Under the pieces are notes generated by a model. The model had not been told where the DNA came from. It ran no database searches and was given only the letters and a program-made list of their open reading frames with translations. From positions 8,022 through 72,021 of the forward strand of contig JAKALS010000005.1 of the NCBI GenBank assembly GCA_021813145.1: 64,000 nucleotides of DNA. The letters run 5' to 3'. Position 1 is the first letter of the stretch. Each line of letters opens with the position of its first letter. Made by a program: the position numbers and the translations under genes. The stretch is from a bacterium. GTDB lineage: Bacteria; Patescibacteriota; Microgenomatia; Levybacterales; UBA12049. Shown here one piece after another: positions 19,566 through 28,845 of this stretch.

Positions 19566-19607
19566 AGACAAAGATTATACAACTTGTTGTAAAATAAAAA
19601 AACGGTT

Positions 19608-20753
19608 ATGAAAATTTATAATACTTTAACAAGAAAAAAAGAAGATTTTAAATCCCTGGAGGATAAAAAAGTCCGGATCTATGTTTGCGGAATTACGCCT
19701 TACGATACGACTCATTTGGGCCACGCATTTGTTTATGTTTCTTTCGACGCATTCATCAGGTATTTGAAATCTAAGGATTATTCAGTGGACTATACGCAAA
19801 ATGTGACAGATATAGACGACGACATATTAAGAAAAGCAAAAGAAGAAAATAAGAACTGGAAAAATCTCGGACAATTCTGGACGGATAAATTTTTAGAAGA
19901 CCTTAAATTTCTGAATGTGGCAATGCCAAATCACTATGTAAAGGCGACAGGCTCGGTAGATAAAATAATAGAAATAGTGGGAGATCTCCAAAACAAAGAA
20001 CTTGCCTACGAAAGGAAGGGTAATGTTTATTACGACGTAAAAAAATTTAAAAAATACGGTGAGCTATCAAAATATAATGAAGAACAGATGATACTGATAT
20101 CAAAAGAACGTGGGGCAGACCCGGAAGATCCTCTAAAGAAAGATCCCTTGGATTTTATACTATGGCAAAAACAAAAAGGCGGCGAACCGGCGTGGGAAAG
20201 TCCCTGGGGAAAAGGCAGGCCCGGCTGGCACATAGAGTGTTCGGCGATGATAAACAAATTTTTAGGCGACAGAATAGATATACACGGCGGCGGGAGGGAT
20301 TTGATTTTTCCGCATCACGAAAGCGAGATTGCCCAGAGCGAAAGCTACACTCAGGAAGAACCGTTTGTTAAGTACTGGATGCATATATCTATGGTTATGT
20401 ACGAAGGCGAAAAAATGTCGAAATCCCTGGGAAACCTGATAATGGTGTCTGATCTTAAAAAAAATTATTCGTCGAATGCGATAAGATGGCTTTTGTTATC
20501 GCATCACTACAGAGAACCTTGGGAATTCGATTATTCCGAAATGGACGAAGCGCAAGAAAAAATAAAAAAAATCGAGAAAGCTTTAAGGAAAAATAAAGAG
20601 GCTGGATCACCCGATTTGCTATGGAGCGAACTTGAATCTTTTTTAAGTGATGATTTTAATACTCCAAGAGTTTTGGAGTTAATCGAAGCCTCCATTGGAA
20701 AAAATTCTTCCTTTGCAAGGAAAAGCCTTAATATCCTTGGCTTTAATTTTTAA
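19608..20753 (+). CDS. cysS: cysteinyl-tRNA synthetase, short form (class I, catalytic core plus truncated C-terminus)
   Basis: CGITPYDTTHLGHA (HIGH), Zn ligands HIECSAM and HGGGRDLIFPHHESE, KMSKSLGN, and DDFNTP. At 381 aa it is shorter than canonical CysRS. Confidence 0.8.
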   Translation: MKIYNTLTRKKEDFKSLEDKKVRIYVCGITPYDTTHLGHAFVYVSFDAFIRYLKSKDYSVDYTQNVTDIDDDILRKAKEENKNWKNLGQFWTDKFLEDLKFLNVAMPNHYVKATGSVDKIIEIVGDLQNKELAYERKGNVYYDVKKFKKYGELSKYNEEQMILISKERGADPEDPLKKDPLDFILWQKQKGGEPAWESPWGKGRPGWHIECSAMINKFLGDRIDIHGGGRDLIFPHHESEIAQSESYTQEEPFVKYWMHISMVMYEGEKMSKSLGNLIMVSDLKKNYSSNAIRWLLLSHHYREPWEFDYSEMDEAQEKIKKIEKALRKNKEAGSPDLLWSELESFLSDDFNTPRVLELIEASIGKNSSFARKSLNILGFNF

Positions 20754-20773
20754 TTTTCTGTTATAATAGTTGT

Positions 20774-21586
20774 TTGATGGATCCGGATAAAAATATCATT
20801 GACGTAAGGGATTTAGTAAAAAATTTTAAAGGGTTTACCGCGGTGGACTCGATAAATTTTGAGGTGAAAAGAGGAGACATATTCGCTTTTTTGGGGCCAA
20901 ACGGCGCAGGTAAAACTACGACAATAAAAATGCTGACAACTCTTCTTGGTCCCAGTTCCGGAACAATTTTTCTTAACGGAATAGACGTCGTAAAAGAGGC
21001 GGAAAAAGCAAGAAAATCTTTTGGAATTGTTTTTCAGGATCCAAGTCTTGACGACGAACTTACCGCGTACGAAAATATGGAATTTCACGCAATTTTATAC
21101 GGAATAGGTAAGACTACGAGGACAGAAAGAATAAAAGAACTTTTAAATTATGTCGAACTTTGGGAACGAAGAAAAGATTTAGTCAAAACATTTTCGGGAG
21201 GAATGAAAAGAAGACTCGAAATAGCAAGAGGATTGCTTCATCATCCCAAAATCCTGTTTTTAGACGAACCGACTTCGGGTCTTGATCCTCAAACAAGAAA
21301 TCATATTTGGGATTATATAAAAAAACTAAATTCTTCTGAAAAGATAACGGTATTTTTTACAACACACTATATAGAAGAAGCCGACAGGTATGCAAAGGAT
21401 ATAGCCATTATGGATCATGGGAAAATTGTCACCAAAGATACTCCGGAAAATTTAAAAAAGAAAACAAATTCTAAAGATTTGGAAGCGGCTTTTTTAAGGT
21501 TGACAGGAACTACCATCAGGGATGAGGAAGCAAGCGGGATAGACAGACTAAGAATGAGGTCAAGAGTTTGGGGAGGAAGAAGATAA
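20774..21586 (+). CDS. ABC transporter ATP-binding protein
   Basis: Walker A GPNGAGKTT, signature SGGMKRRLEIA, and Walker B ILFLDEPT. Confidence 0.85.
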   Translation: MMDPDKNIIDVRDLVKNFKGFTAVDSINFEVKRGDIFAFLGPNGAGKTTTIKMLTTLLGPSSGTIFLNGIDVVKEAEKARKSFGIVFQDPSLDDELTAYENMEFHAILYGIGKTTRTERIKELLNYVELWERRKDLVKTFSGGMKRRLEIARGLLHHPKILFLDEPTSGLDPQTRNHIWDYIKKLNSSEKITVFFTTHYIEEADRYAKDIAIMDHGKIVTKDTPENLKKKTNSKDLEAAFLRLTGTTIRDEEASGIDRLRMRSRVWGGRR

Positions 21587-22332
21587 TGAATGCCGTCTAT
21601 ATTCTTTGGAAAAGGGAAATAATAAGATATTTCCGTTCAAGGGCAAGAATTGTAGGCTCTTTAGGCCAGCCTTTGTTATTTTTAATAGCTCTGGGATTTG
21701 GATTAGGACCTGTTTTTCAAAGAGCAGGACAAGGAAATTATTTTGAGTTTTTGGGACCCGGAGTCGTTTCCATGGGCATACTTTTTACGGGAATTTTTGC
21801 GGGAATCCAGATAATTTGGGATAGGCAATTCGGATTCTTAAAAGAAACTCTTGTCGCTCCCGTTTCAAGATTCGAAATAATGCTCGGCAAGGCATTAGGC
21901 GGCGCGACTGTTGCTTTCATGCAGGGGGTTTTTGTTTTCGTTTTAACTCTTCTTTTGGGAGTTAGGATTTCATCCCTGGCTTTTCTTCCGATAGCGCTTG
22001 TCTCGATGTTTCTCATAGCATTATTTTTTACCGCATTAGGTATTGCAATAGCGTCTCTTTTTGAAGATATGCAGGGTTTCCAGCTCGTAATGAATTTTGT
22101 CGTTCAGCCGACTTTTTTTCTTTCCGGAGCATTATTTCCCTTAAGCGGAGTCCCTAAGTTTTTGCAGCTTATTGCAAGTTTTGACCCTCTTTCGTACGGA
22201 GTGGATGCGGTAAGGGGAGCCGTTACTGGACAAAGCCACTTCGGAATGGGAATAGACATTACGGTGCTTGTTGTTCTTACTTTTACAGTCCTAGCTATAG
22301 GAAGCTATCTCTTTTCAAAAATAGAAATTTAA
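21586..22332 (+). CDS. ABC-2 type transporter permease
   Basis: 6-TM ABC-2 profile. Its ATG overlaps the ATPase stop (TAATG). Confidence 0.7.
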   Translation: MNAVYILWKREIIRYFRSRARIVGSLGQPLLFLIALGFGLGPVFQRAGQGNYFEFLGPGVVSMGILFTGIFAGIQIIWDRQFGFLKETLVAPVSRFEIMLGKALGGATVAFMQGVFVFVLTLLLGVRISSLAFLPIALVSMFLIALFFTALGIAIASLFEDMQGFQLVMNFVVQPTFFLSGALFPLSGVPKFLQLIASFDPLSYGVDAVRGAVTGQSHFGMGIDITVLVVLTFTVLAIGSYLFSKIEI

Positions 22333-22333
22333 T

Positions 22334-22879
22334 TTATAAAAACTCCTCTTTAATTTCCCGATTATATTTCACCAGCAACTTTTGAATTTTGGGGTCAATT
22401 ACAAATCTGCAATAAGGGTAGTCTCTGTTCTTGTCGTAAAAATCAATGTGGTAATCTTCCGCTTTATAAAAATTTTTAAAAGGTAAAATTTCCGTAACAA
22501 TTTTTTCTTTGTAAACTTTTTCTCTTTCTAATCTTTCTTTAGACTTTAAAATTGTCTTTCTCTGTTTTTCGCTATTATAAAAAATTACGGAGCGGTATTG
22601 GCTTCCTATATCGGCACCCTGTTGATTTATTGTCGTAGGGTTGTGGGTATGCCAGAAAACATCAAGGATCTTGGAGAGGGGGATAACGGAAGGGTCAAAT
22701 TCTATTTGTATACTTTCGGCGTATCCGGTTTCTCCGGTTGAGACTTCCCGGTAGGAGGGGTTCTCTTTTTCCCCTCCTGCATACCCGGGAATTACCTTAA
22801 TTATTCCTTTTAATCTTTTAAAGATTGCCTCAGTGCACCAGAAGCATCCTCCTGCGAATGTTATTGTATCTTTTTTCAT
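22334..22879 (-). CDS. msrA: peptide methionine sulfoxide reductase MsrA
   Basis: GGCFWCTEA active-site motif. Confidence 0.9.
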   Translation of the reverse strand: MKKDTITFAGGCFWCTEAIFKRLKGIIKVIPGYAGGEKENPSYREVSTGETGYAESIQIEFDPSVIPLSKILDVFWHTHNPTTINQQGADIGSQYRSVIFYNSEKQRKTILKSKERLEREKVYKEKIVTEILPFKNFYKAEDYHIDFYDKNRDYPYCRFVIDPKIQKLLVKYNREIKEEFL

Positions 22880-23259
22880 AAATATTTTTTTGCGAAATTG
22901 TCGGCTTCCTTTTCCTGTTTTTCAATTTCTTCAAGACTCTGTTTTTTTAATATGGAATTTCTGTGTTTTAATATCACGTGACCTATTTCGTGGGCTATTG
23001 TATATTGAATCTGACTTTCCCCTTCACTTAGAAGTTCGTCGCTTATAAATATAAGATGTTGACCGATAAGGTCATTTCCCCGGAAAGTAAAAGCCCAGGC
23101 ATCCTCCATCGAAGAGAAAAACCAACAGTTTTCCGTTATATATTCCGTTATTTCTTCCGGCATTTTGGATAATACTTCGCAGACGTTCTTTTTCATTTTG
23201 TAATTGCCCACGAGTTTTCCGTCAAATAAGTCGTAAATTATTTTGAGATTCTTGTTCAT
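22876..23259 (-). CDS. small HExxH metallopeptidase-like protein (ImmA/IrrE-like)
   Basis: TIAHEIGHVILKH zinc-binding motif in a 127-aa protein. Overlaps the msrA start by 4 nt. Confidence 0.45.
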   Translation of the reverse strand: MNKNLKIIYDLFDGKLVGNYKMKKNVCEVLSKMPEEITEYITENCWFFSSMEDAWAFTFRGNDLIGQHLIFISDELLSEGESQIQYTIAHEIGHVILKHRNSILKKQSLEEIEKQEKEADNFAKKYL

Positions 23260-23323
23260 AAAATCAATTGAAAGGTTTAATAAGGGGGGTTATTATTATA
23301 CTATACTTTGGGAAGTGGATAAG

Positions 23324-23947
23324 ATGAAAAAAACAATTATTTATGTAGTAAGACACGGCCAGGCAAAGGGAAATAAAGAAGATTTACTGCTTGGACAATT
23401 CGATGTTCCCTTAACAGAAAAGGGAAAAATGCAGGCATTAAAATCTTCTGATTTTTTTAAGAATAAAGACATAAACTTTATTTATTCTTCGGATCTGAAA
23501 CGTGCTTTTGAGACGGCCGAAGTAATTGCAGAAAAAATCGGAAAAAAAGTTATCAAAGACAAGCTTTTAAGGGAAAGGGATATAGACGTCTTTGAGAACT
23601 TAACTCTTAAAGAGGCAAAAGAGAAAGTGGCGAAAAATAGCCCTTTCTTCACTCTTTCCGACAAAGAAAAATTGACATACAAATTTACGCCCAATATGGA
23701 AAGTGCTTTCGAAACGGAAGAACGTTTCAGAAAGTTCTGCCATTTAACTGCAAAAAAACATCCGGGAAAAAATATAGTTGCGGTAACCCACGGAGGATTA
23801 ATGCTCTATTTCCTTATAAGTTTAGGCCTTGAAAAATACAGGAATCTTTTCGGCGATCCGAATCCTTTTGAAAATCTCGGATTTTTTAAGCTTATGACGG
23901 ATGGAAAAAACTTCGAAATCATGGAATTTAAAGGTTATAATCCTTAG
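23324..23947 (+). CDS. histidine phosphatase (phosphoglycerate mutase-like) family protein
   Basis: IYVVRHGQAKGN (RHG motif) and a downstream TH catalytic His. SD GGAAGTGGA upstream. Confidence 0.7.
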   Translation: MKKTIIYVVRHGQAKGNKEDLLLGQFDVPLTEKGKMQALKSSDFFKNKDINFIYSSDLKRAFETAEVIAEKIGKKVIKDKLLRERDIDVFENLTLKEAKEKVAKNSPFFTLSDKEKLTYKFTPNMESAFETEERFRKFCHLTAKKHPGKNIVAVTHGGLMLYFLISLGLEKYRNLFGDPNPFENLGFFKLMTDGKNFEIMEFKGYNP

Positions 23948-24050
23948 GAAATAGCTAACGCTTTTCTTACAAAAATTTTACCCTATTTTTTTACACAAAA
24001 GCTAGATTGTTATCTACCTTTCATCTGAGGGGGGGGTGACATAATAAAAA

Positions 24051-24185
24051 ATGCCTAACAATAAAAATAGCGGCAGAAATAAAACAGGAAACGGAAAAAG
24101 TAACCGTGGTCTTGCGTCTGCCGATAAAGCAACAAGACAAAGGGTAGCAAGCGAAGGAGGAAAAGCGCATGCCAGAAACATGTAA
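24051..24185 (+). CDS. 44-aa KGG-repeat general stress protein-like peptide (MPNNKNSGRNKTGNGKSNRGLASADKATRQRVASEGGKAHARNM)
   Basis: Not in the ORF track. Strong SD (GAGGGGGGGG). GLASADKATRQRVASEGGKA matches the KGG/YciG-type stress motif. Confidence 0.45.
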   Translation: MPNNKNSGRNKTGNGKSNRGLASADKATRQRVASEGGKAHARNM

Positions 24186-24312
24186 CGGCTACCGCCAGGC
24201 GGGGGGCTCTCCGCCTAATGAATTTATTATTTACAAATCCCATACTCTACAATTTAATATGATTGTGGGACAAGCATTAAGTAAACAACGAAAATAATGT
24301 ATAATTTTACAT

Positions 24313-24645
24313 ATGGGAATATTACTCAACTGGATTGTAAGCGCAGTAGTAATTTTTGTAATAGCAAATTTGCTTCCGGGAGTTCATATTGCCTCATTTA
24401 CTACCGCACTGGTTGCCGCGGTTGTATTGGGGATTATAAACGCAGTGATTAAACCCGTTCTGGTTATCCTCACCCTTCCTATAAATATTCTTACGCTTGG
24501 CCTTTTTACGCTTGTAATAAACGCTTTTCTTATACTTATTGCCTCCTATATAGTTCCCGGTTTTAAAGTAGACGGTTTTATCTGGGCTCTTATATTCGGA
24601 ATAGTTTTATCCATAGTGAATTCCCTCGTCCATAATTTTGTCTGA
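24313..24645 (+). CDS. 4-TM DUF360 / phage holin 4_2 family membrane protein
   Basis: 110 aa with 4 TM helices. Sequence is typical of the YvlD/Phage_holin_4_2 family. Confidence 0.6.
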   Translation: MGILLNWIVSAVVIFVIANLLPGVHIASFTTALVAAVVLGIINAVIKPVLVILTLPINILTLGLFTLVINAFLILIASYIVPGFKVDGFIWALIFGIVLSIVNSLVHNFV

Positions 24646-24899
24646 TTTCTTACTTTTTTTTAACATTTTTCCTTCCCTTTTATGGAATAATCCGCTCATG
24701 GCTGATGAATATCCTCAAGACGAGGAACAACAACTTGCCGAAGACAAAGGCGCTTGGGTTTTTAATGAACCCCTGAGGGAAATGGGGTGTTTTCCGGTAC
24801 TAATCGCCTTTATTACTTTTTTAGCCGTTTTTATCCTCTTTGTAGTATAACCTATAGTCCTATTGACAATATTTAATTTCCTGTTTATAATCAGGCTGT

Positions 24900-25625
24900 A
24901 TGCTCGAAGTTGAAAGATTTCAGGTTGTCCCCGAAGCTCCTTATCGTATCGTACCCAAAACTTTGCCGATAGTTCACTTAATAGATTTCGTAACCCACAG
25001 AGACAAGGATATGGCCAATCATCTCATAGAACAAGCTACAAGAGAATATAGTGATCCATACGAAAGATGGGAGGCAGTCAGAAGGTCAAGAGCGGATATT
25101 GTTACCGGCTCCAGTATTGTGGAAAAGAATTCCGGCCTTACCTTGCGCCATACCGGGTGGGAGGGTTTTTATGTCGGACGAGGCATGTCATCGGAGGAAA
25201 TAGTAATGGATCAGGCTCAAATAGGAGCAAGGGTGGTAAAAACGATGGAAACGATGTACCCCGACTCTTATCAAAGAATAAAAAGGATATTTGAAACAAA
25301 AAGGGGTTACAGTCTGGAAGACTTAAAAGAGATTGAGATATGGTTTAAGGTTATAAAGTCAAGATTTGATGCAAGAGAATTACCCAGCGAAGGAGAAATT
25401 TTCCGAAGGCAGACGACAGAGCTTGTCCAGAAAATGCCGCCTATTGTCCTGGAAAGAGATGTAAATGGAATAACGCAGTTTATTCCTGTTCCGGCAAGAG
25501 GAGAGCTATTCGGGGGTCAGACTATTGTAAATATGAGCCCAAAGGAACTCGCGGGTTACAGATTTATGGAAAATGTGGGAATAGTAGGTCAACCTCCCAT
25601 AAGGGCAATGCTCAAAGCTGCCTAA
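24900..25625 (+). CDS. hypothetical protein
   Basis: 241-aa ORF with coding-like composition. No recognisable motif. Confidence 0.45.
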   Translation: MLEVERFQVVPEAPYRIVPKTLPIVHLIDFVTHRDKDMANHLIEQATREYSDPYERWEAVRRSRADIVTGSSIVEKNSGLTLRHTGWEGFYVGRGMSSEEIVMDQAQIGARVVKTMETMYPDSYQRIKRIFETKRGYSLEDLKEIEIWFKVIKSRFDARELPSEGEIFRRQTTELVQKMPPIVLERDVNGITQFIPVPARGELFGGQTIVNMSPKELAGYRFMENVGIVGQPPIRAMLKAA

Positions 25626-26668
25626 AATTCACGGGCTTTTACTTCCTCTTTTAATTTTTCAAGCATCTTATCCTTTGTTAAAAGTCCCCTTTGGGCACCT
25701 ACGGCTCCTATTACCGCGCAGGCATTCAAAGCCCCCCATTCCATGCATTGACTAAGCCCGTTTCCTTTTAGAAAAGATGAAATAAATCCCGATGTAAAAG
25801 CGTCTCCCGCTCCGGTTTTTTCCACGATATCACATTTTATTGCCTCCATAAAAAGGCTTTCATGTTTTTCATCCATAATATAGGAACCGTTCTGCCCGTC
25901 TGTAATAACAACTATTTTTGGTCCAAGGCTCTTTAGTCCGTACAGGATTTTTTTTATGTAGCTTCGGGAATCAAGGGGAATTTTTATTTCTTTCCCGTAT
26001 AGAAGCTCTTCCGCTTCTTCTTTATTCACAAAAAGAATTAAGCTTTGGGAAATAATTTTCCAGATAAGGCTCCCTCTGTGTGCGATTTGCAAAGTTCCGG
26101 GATTGAAGAAAAGAGGAATGCCGTTTTCTATAGAGAAATTTAGGGTCTTTTCGTAGGCTTTTTCCCAGGAAGGGCCGAGGCTTGTAAGAAACAGGGCTTT
26201 TGTTTTTTTGCCTTCGTATTTAAAATTGTGTTCTCTTTTTATGTGTTCTACGAAAAGAGTCCTGTCGGCTCTAAAATTTATTCCTACGGAAAGCGAAGAA
26301 GCTTCGCTTTCTATCTGGTTTACAAGCTCCAAATCTACATCTTCTTTAGAAAGTGAATTTATTATTTTTTGGGAAAATTCGTCTTTCCCTATTTCTGCTA
26401 CAAGTCCGCTTTTAAATCCCAGTCTTGATATTCCAACCGCTACATTTGCCGCATTCCCTCCTATTGATAAATCATATTTTTTTACTTCTATTTTTTCTCC
26501 GTGTCCGAAGCGCAGCTCGTTTGTTTTTTCGTCGAGTCTTATGTGAGGATTTTTCTCATCTATGGTCAGAAAAACGTCTATGGTGGCGTTTCCGACGGTC
26601 AGTATATCTACGGGCAGCATACTATTATCGTATCTAAACAAAGGTTTTATTTCAATCGGCTTTGACAA
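25622..26668 (-). CDS. PfkB family carbohydrate kinase (ribokinase-like)
   Basis: GGNAANVAVGISRLG and C-terminal GAGDAFTSGF PfkB signatures. Confidence 0.85.
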   Translation of the reverse strand: MSKPIEIKPLFRYDNSMLPVDILTVGNATIDVFLTIDEKNPHIRLDEKTNELRFGHGEKIEVKKYDLSIGGNAANVAVGISRLGFKSGLVAEIGKDEFSQKIINSLSKEDVDLELVNQIESEASSLSVGINFRADRTLFVEHIKREHNFKYEGKKTKALFLTSLGPSWEKAYEKTLNFSIENGIPLFFNPGTLQIAHRGSLIWKIISQSLILFVNKEEAEELLYGKEIKIPLDSRSYIKKILYGLKSLGPKIVVITDGQNGSYIMDEKHESLFMEAIKCDIVEKTGAGDAFTSGFISSFLKGNGLSQCMEWGALNACAVIGAVGAQRGLLTKDKMLEKLKEEVKAREF

Positions 26669-26686
26669 GTCCTGTATAATCGAAGT

Positions 26687-27196
26687 ATGGGAAAAGAGGA
26701 AGAAGAAAGAAGATTAAGGTCGCCTCATGCAGGTATTTATCCGTTTGACCCGACGGCGGGAACGCCGGAGCAGATAGCGCAAAATCCTCCTCGTTTAAGG
26801 TCCTGGGAGAAGGGATTAAAAGAAGAGGTGAAAAGAACTCCGAAGACTTTAAGATTTAAAGCGGGAACTGTTTTGTACAGGGCAGGATATAATGCCGCAG
26901 GAGAGCCTATTCTCCCCAAAGATTTTAGGGAGGCAGACGATTTAAGGTTGGATGTTTTAAATTTTGAAAGAGATTTTAAAGTCGCGGAAAGTTCTATGGG
27001 GGAAGGCAAAAGAAAAGCAAGAGTAGTGAAGCCCTTAGGGATAACGCAATACGGCCCGATAATAGAGGTAATAGTCGAAAGGAAAGCCGGTGAAGGAAGA
27101 ATTATAGAAGAAAGAAGATTCGTAAGCTTATTGGATAGAAGTCTTCCGAGGGATAACCCGAGGAGAAGATGGGCTGCCCAAAGGGAAAATTTCTAG
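26687..27196 (+). CDS. hypothetical protein (Arg/Glu-rich)
   Basis: 169-aa ORF. TATAAT at 26675-26680, 6 nt, then ATG (leaderless). GC is locally higher. Confidence 0.5.
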   Translation: MGKEEEERRLRSPHAGIYPFDPTAGTPEQIAQNPPRLRSWEKGLKEEVKRTPKTLRFKAGTVLYRAGYNAAGEPILPKDFREADDLRLDVLNFERDFKVAESSMGEGKRKARVVKPLGITQYGPIIEVIVERKAGEGRIIEERRFVSLLDRSLPRDNPRRRWAAQRENF

Positions 27197-28446
27197 AGAA
27201 GTTTTTTATTTTCTGATCTTTTTAATTTGTCTTCACGCATTTTTACAAAAAGGTCGAAAACGGGAGCCGAAAGTTTTGGGTCTGCCTGAAGAAGACTTTC
27301 GATTCCCCAATAACTTAAAACAGAACTTTGTTGATTGGCCAGTATATCGTTTATGCTCCTTAAGGTAATGTATTTTATACTTGTAGCCCAGTCTCTGGGT
27401 AACGGCCGGTTTAGCCATTGCTCCGCTTGTATTTCGGACATCTCTAAAGGCGCATAACCGCGGTCTCTTAATGTGCCCAAAGTTACATTTCCCGGAATAA
27501 GAGATAAAAGCTGATAGAAAGAAGGCGAGTCGGGTCCGGGATAGCAGAAAGGATAATAGTTGATAGCAGGGACAAGTCTTTTTTTGTCTATAAAATCCGA
27601 GAGTATTTTAAATAATTCCGAAATCTGCGGGAGGTTTGTATATTCGGATGAATTAAAGAGAATTTTTCTTCCGGGTAAAAATTTATCTATATGCTCCACA
27701 AGTGTTGTCAGATAATCATTGCCCATTGTCCAACCGTGTTGACCGAAGCTGTGGAATGCTTCGTTTTCGGGTTGGATTTTTGTTATGGTTTCCAGTTCTC
27801 TTTTTGAATAAGAACTTATTAGATGATGCATCATGGAGTCGGCAAATTTTAAGTAGGCAGCCGATAGGGGACTTTCCATTCCGATTACCGACTTATCCGC
27901 AGGCATGATATCTTTATACATCGGGGGAACGTGGTCTTCGGGCCAGCGGAAAACTTTTATGCCGATATTGAGGCAAATATTTAAACCGTTTTGGATACAG
28001 TAATCGAAATAAGGTTTGTAAAAGCCGAAATCAAAATTTCCATTTTCGTCTACGGCGTTATCCCATCTTACCCCGAGCCGTACTTCGTCCGCTCCCAATT
28101 CTTTATGTATAAACTTTAATGCTTCGACTGATTTTTCCGTGAGCCTTTTTCCTTCTTCGGTTTTATAATTGGAAGCCGATAACCCGTAAAGCTGTTCCGG
28201 GGAGAAGGAAAAGCTTATATCCATATTTTTCAGTTTTTCTCCGTTTCTCTCTACAAACGCTTCATTGCTTAGCTCAGCTTCTTTCCACTCATCCGGCTGG
28301 TCAAGGAATACGTCAAAAACCCTTGAAAATTTATTTTGCATATTGACTCCTTCGGGAGAAAAAGAGGCTGTTCCCGCAAGGCCGGCGGAAAGAAGTTTTA
28401 AAAATCCTCGCCTTGAAACCGGGGGTAAAGTTTCAACAAAGCCCAT
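27193..28446 (-). CDS. Tat-secreted putative glycoside hydrolase (GH-A clan-like TIM barrel)
   Basis: N-terminal twin-arginine signal RRGFLKLLSAGLAG. Internal IQPENEAF resembles a GH-A catalytic acid (NEP) region. The family call is weak. Confidence 0.45.
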   Translation of the reverse strand: MGFVETLPPVSRRGFLKLLSAGLAGTASFSPEGVNMQNKFSRVFDVFLDQPDEWKEAELSNEAFVERNGEKLKNMDISFSFSPEQLYGLSASNYKTEEGKRLTEKSVEALKFIHKELGADEVRLGVRWDNAVDENGNFDFGFYKPYFDYCIQNGLNICLNIGIKVFRWPEDHVPPMYKDIMPADKSVIGMESPLSAAYLKFADSMMHHLISSYSKRELETITKIQPENEAFHSFGQHGWTMGNDYLTTLVEHIDKFLPGRKILFNSSEYTNLPQISELFKILSDFIDKKRLVPAINYYPFCYPGPDSPSFYQLLSLIPGNVTLGTLRDRGYAPLEMSEIQAEQWLNRPLPRDWATSIKYITLRSINDILANQQSSVLSYWGIESLLQADPKLSAPVFDLFVKMREDKLKRSENKKLL

Positions 28447-28486
28447 TAACTTTTATATTTTAATTAAGAGGGATTTTTATTTCAAG

Positions 28487-28786
28487 TTATATTTTTTCAC
28501 CGCAAGTCCTTACGGATTTTATTACCTGCTTAAAGATATGTCCTTTTGGGGTAAGCGAATATTCAACTTTGGGGGGGACCGAAGCATACACTTTTTTTTG
28601 TATATATCCTTCTTTCTCCAGCTGCTGAAGTCTTTTTGAAAGCGTTTTCGGGTTAATGTCTCCTACGCTTCTTTCCAGCTCCCCAAACCGTTTGGTTCCG
28701 CCCAAAAGAGAATTAAGGATTAGAATCGTCCATTTGCTGCCTATAATTTTTGCAACTTTTGAAACCTCCAAAAGATCTGCGTCCAT
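28487..28786 (-). CDS. HxlR family winged-helix transcriptional regulator
   Basis: ILNSLLGGTKRFGELERSVGDINPKTLSKRLQQLEKEGYI is the HxlR signature. Confidence 0.8.
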   Translation of the reverse strand: MDADLLEVSKVAKIIGSKWTILILNSLLGGTKRFGELERSVGDINPKTLSKRLQQLEKEGYIQKKVYASVPPKVEYSLTPKGHIFKQVIKSVRTCGEKI

Positions 28787-28803
28787 ACTTTACTTTCTGT
28801 AAC

Positions 28804-28845
28804 TACTTGACAAAGTCTAGCATTGTTACTATACTTTGTCAAGTA
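28804..28845. promoter_or_regulatory. perfect 13-bp inverted repeat TACTTGACAAAGT-N16-ACTTTGTCAAGTA; each arm carries a TTGACA -35 for divergent promoters (hxlR and FMN reductase); candidate HxlR operator
   Basis: Read directly from the sequence. Plus strand: TTGACA 28807-28812, N17, TATACT 28830-28835. Minus strand: mirror TTGACA, N17, TAGACT. Confidence 0.55.

Noticed and set aside
24055-24243. 62-aa minus-strand ORF in the 24.0-24.3 kb gap
   Set aside because: It has no SD or promoter context. The opposite strand encodes a KGG-motif peptide with a strong SD, which explains the region better.
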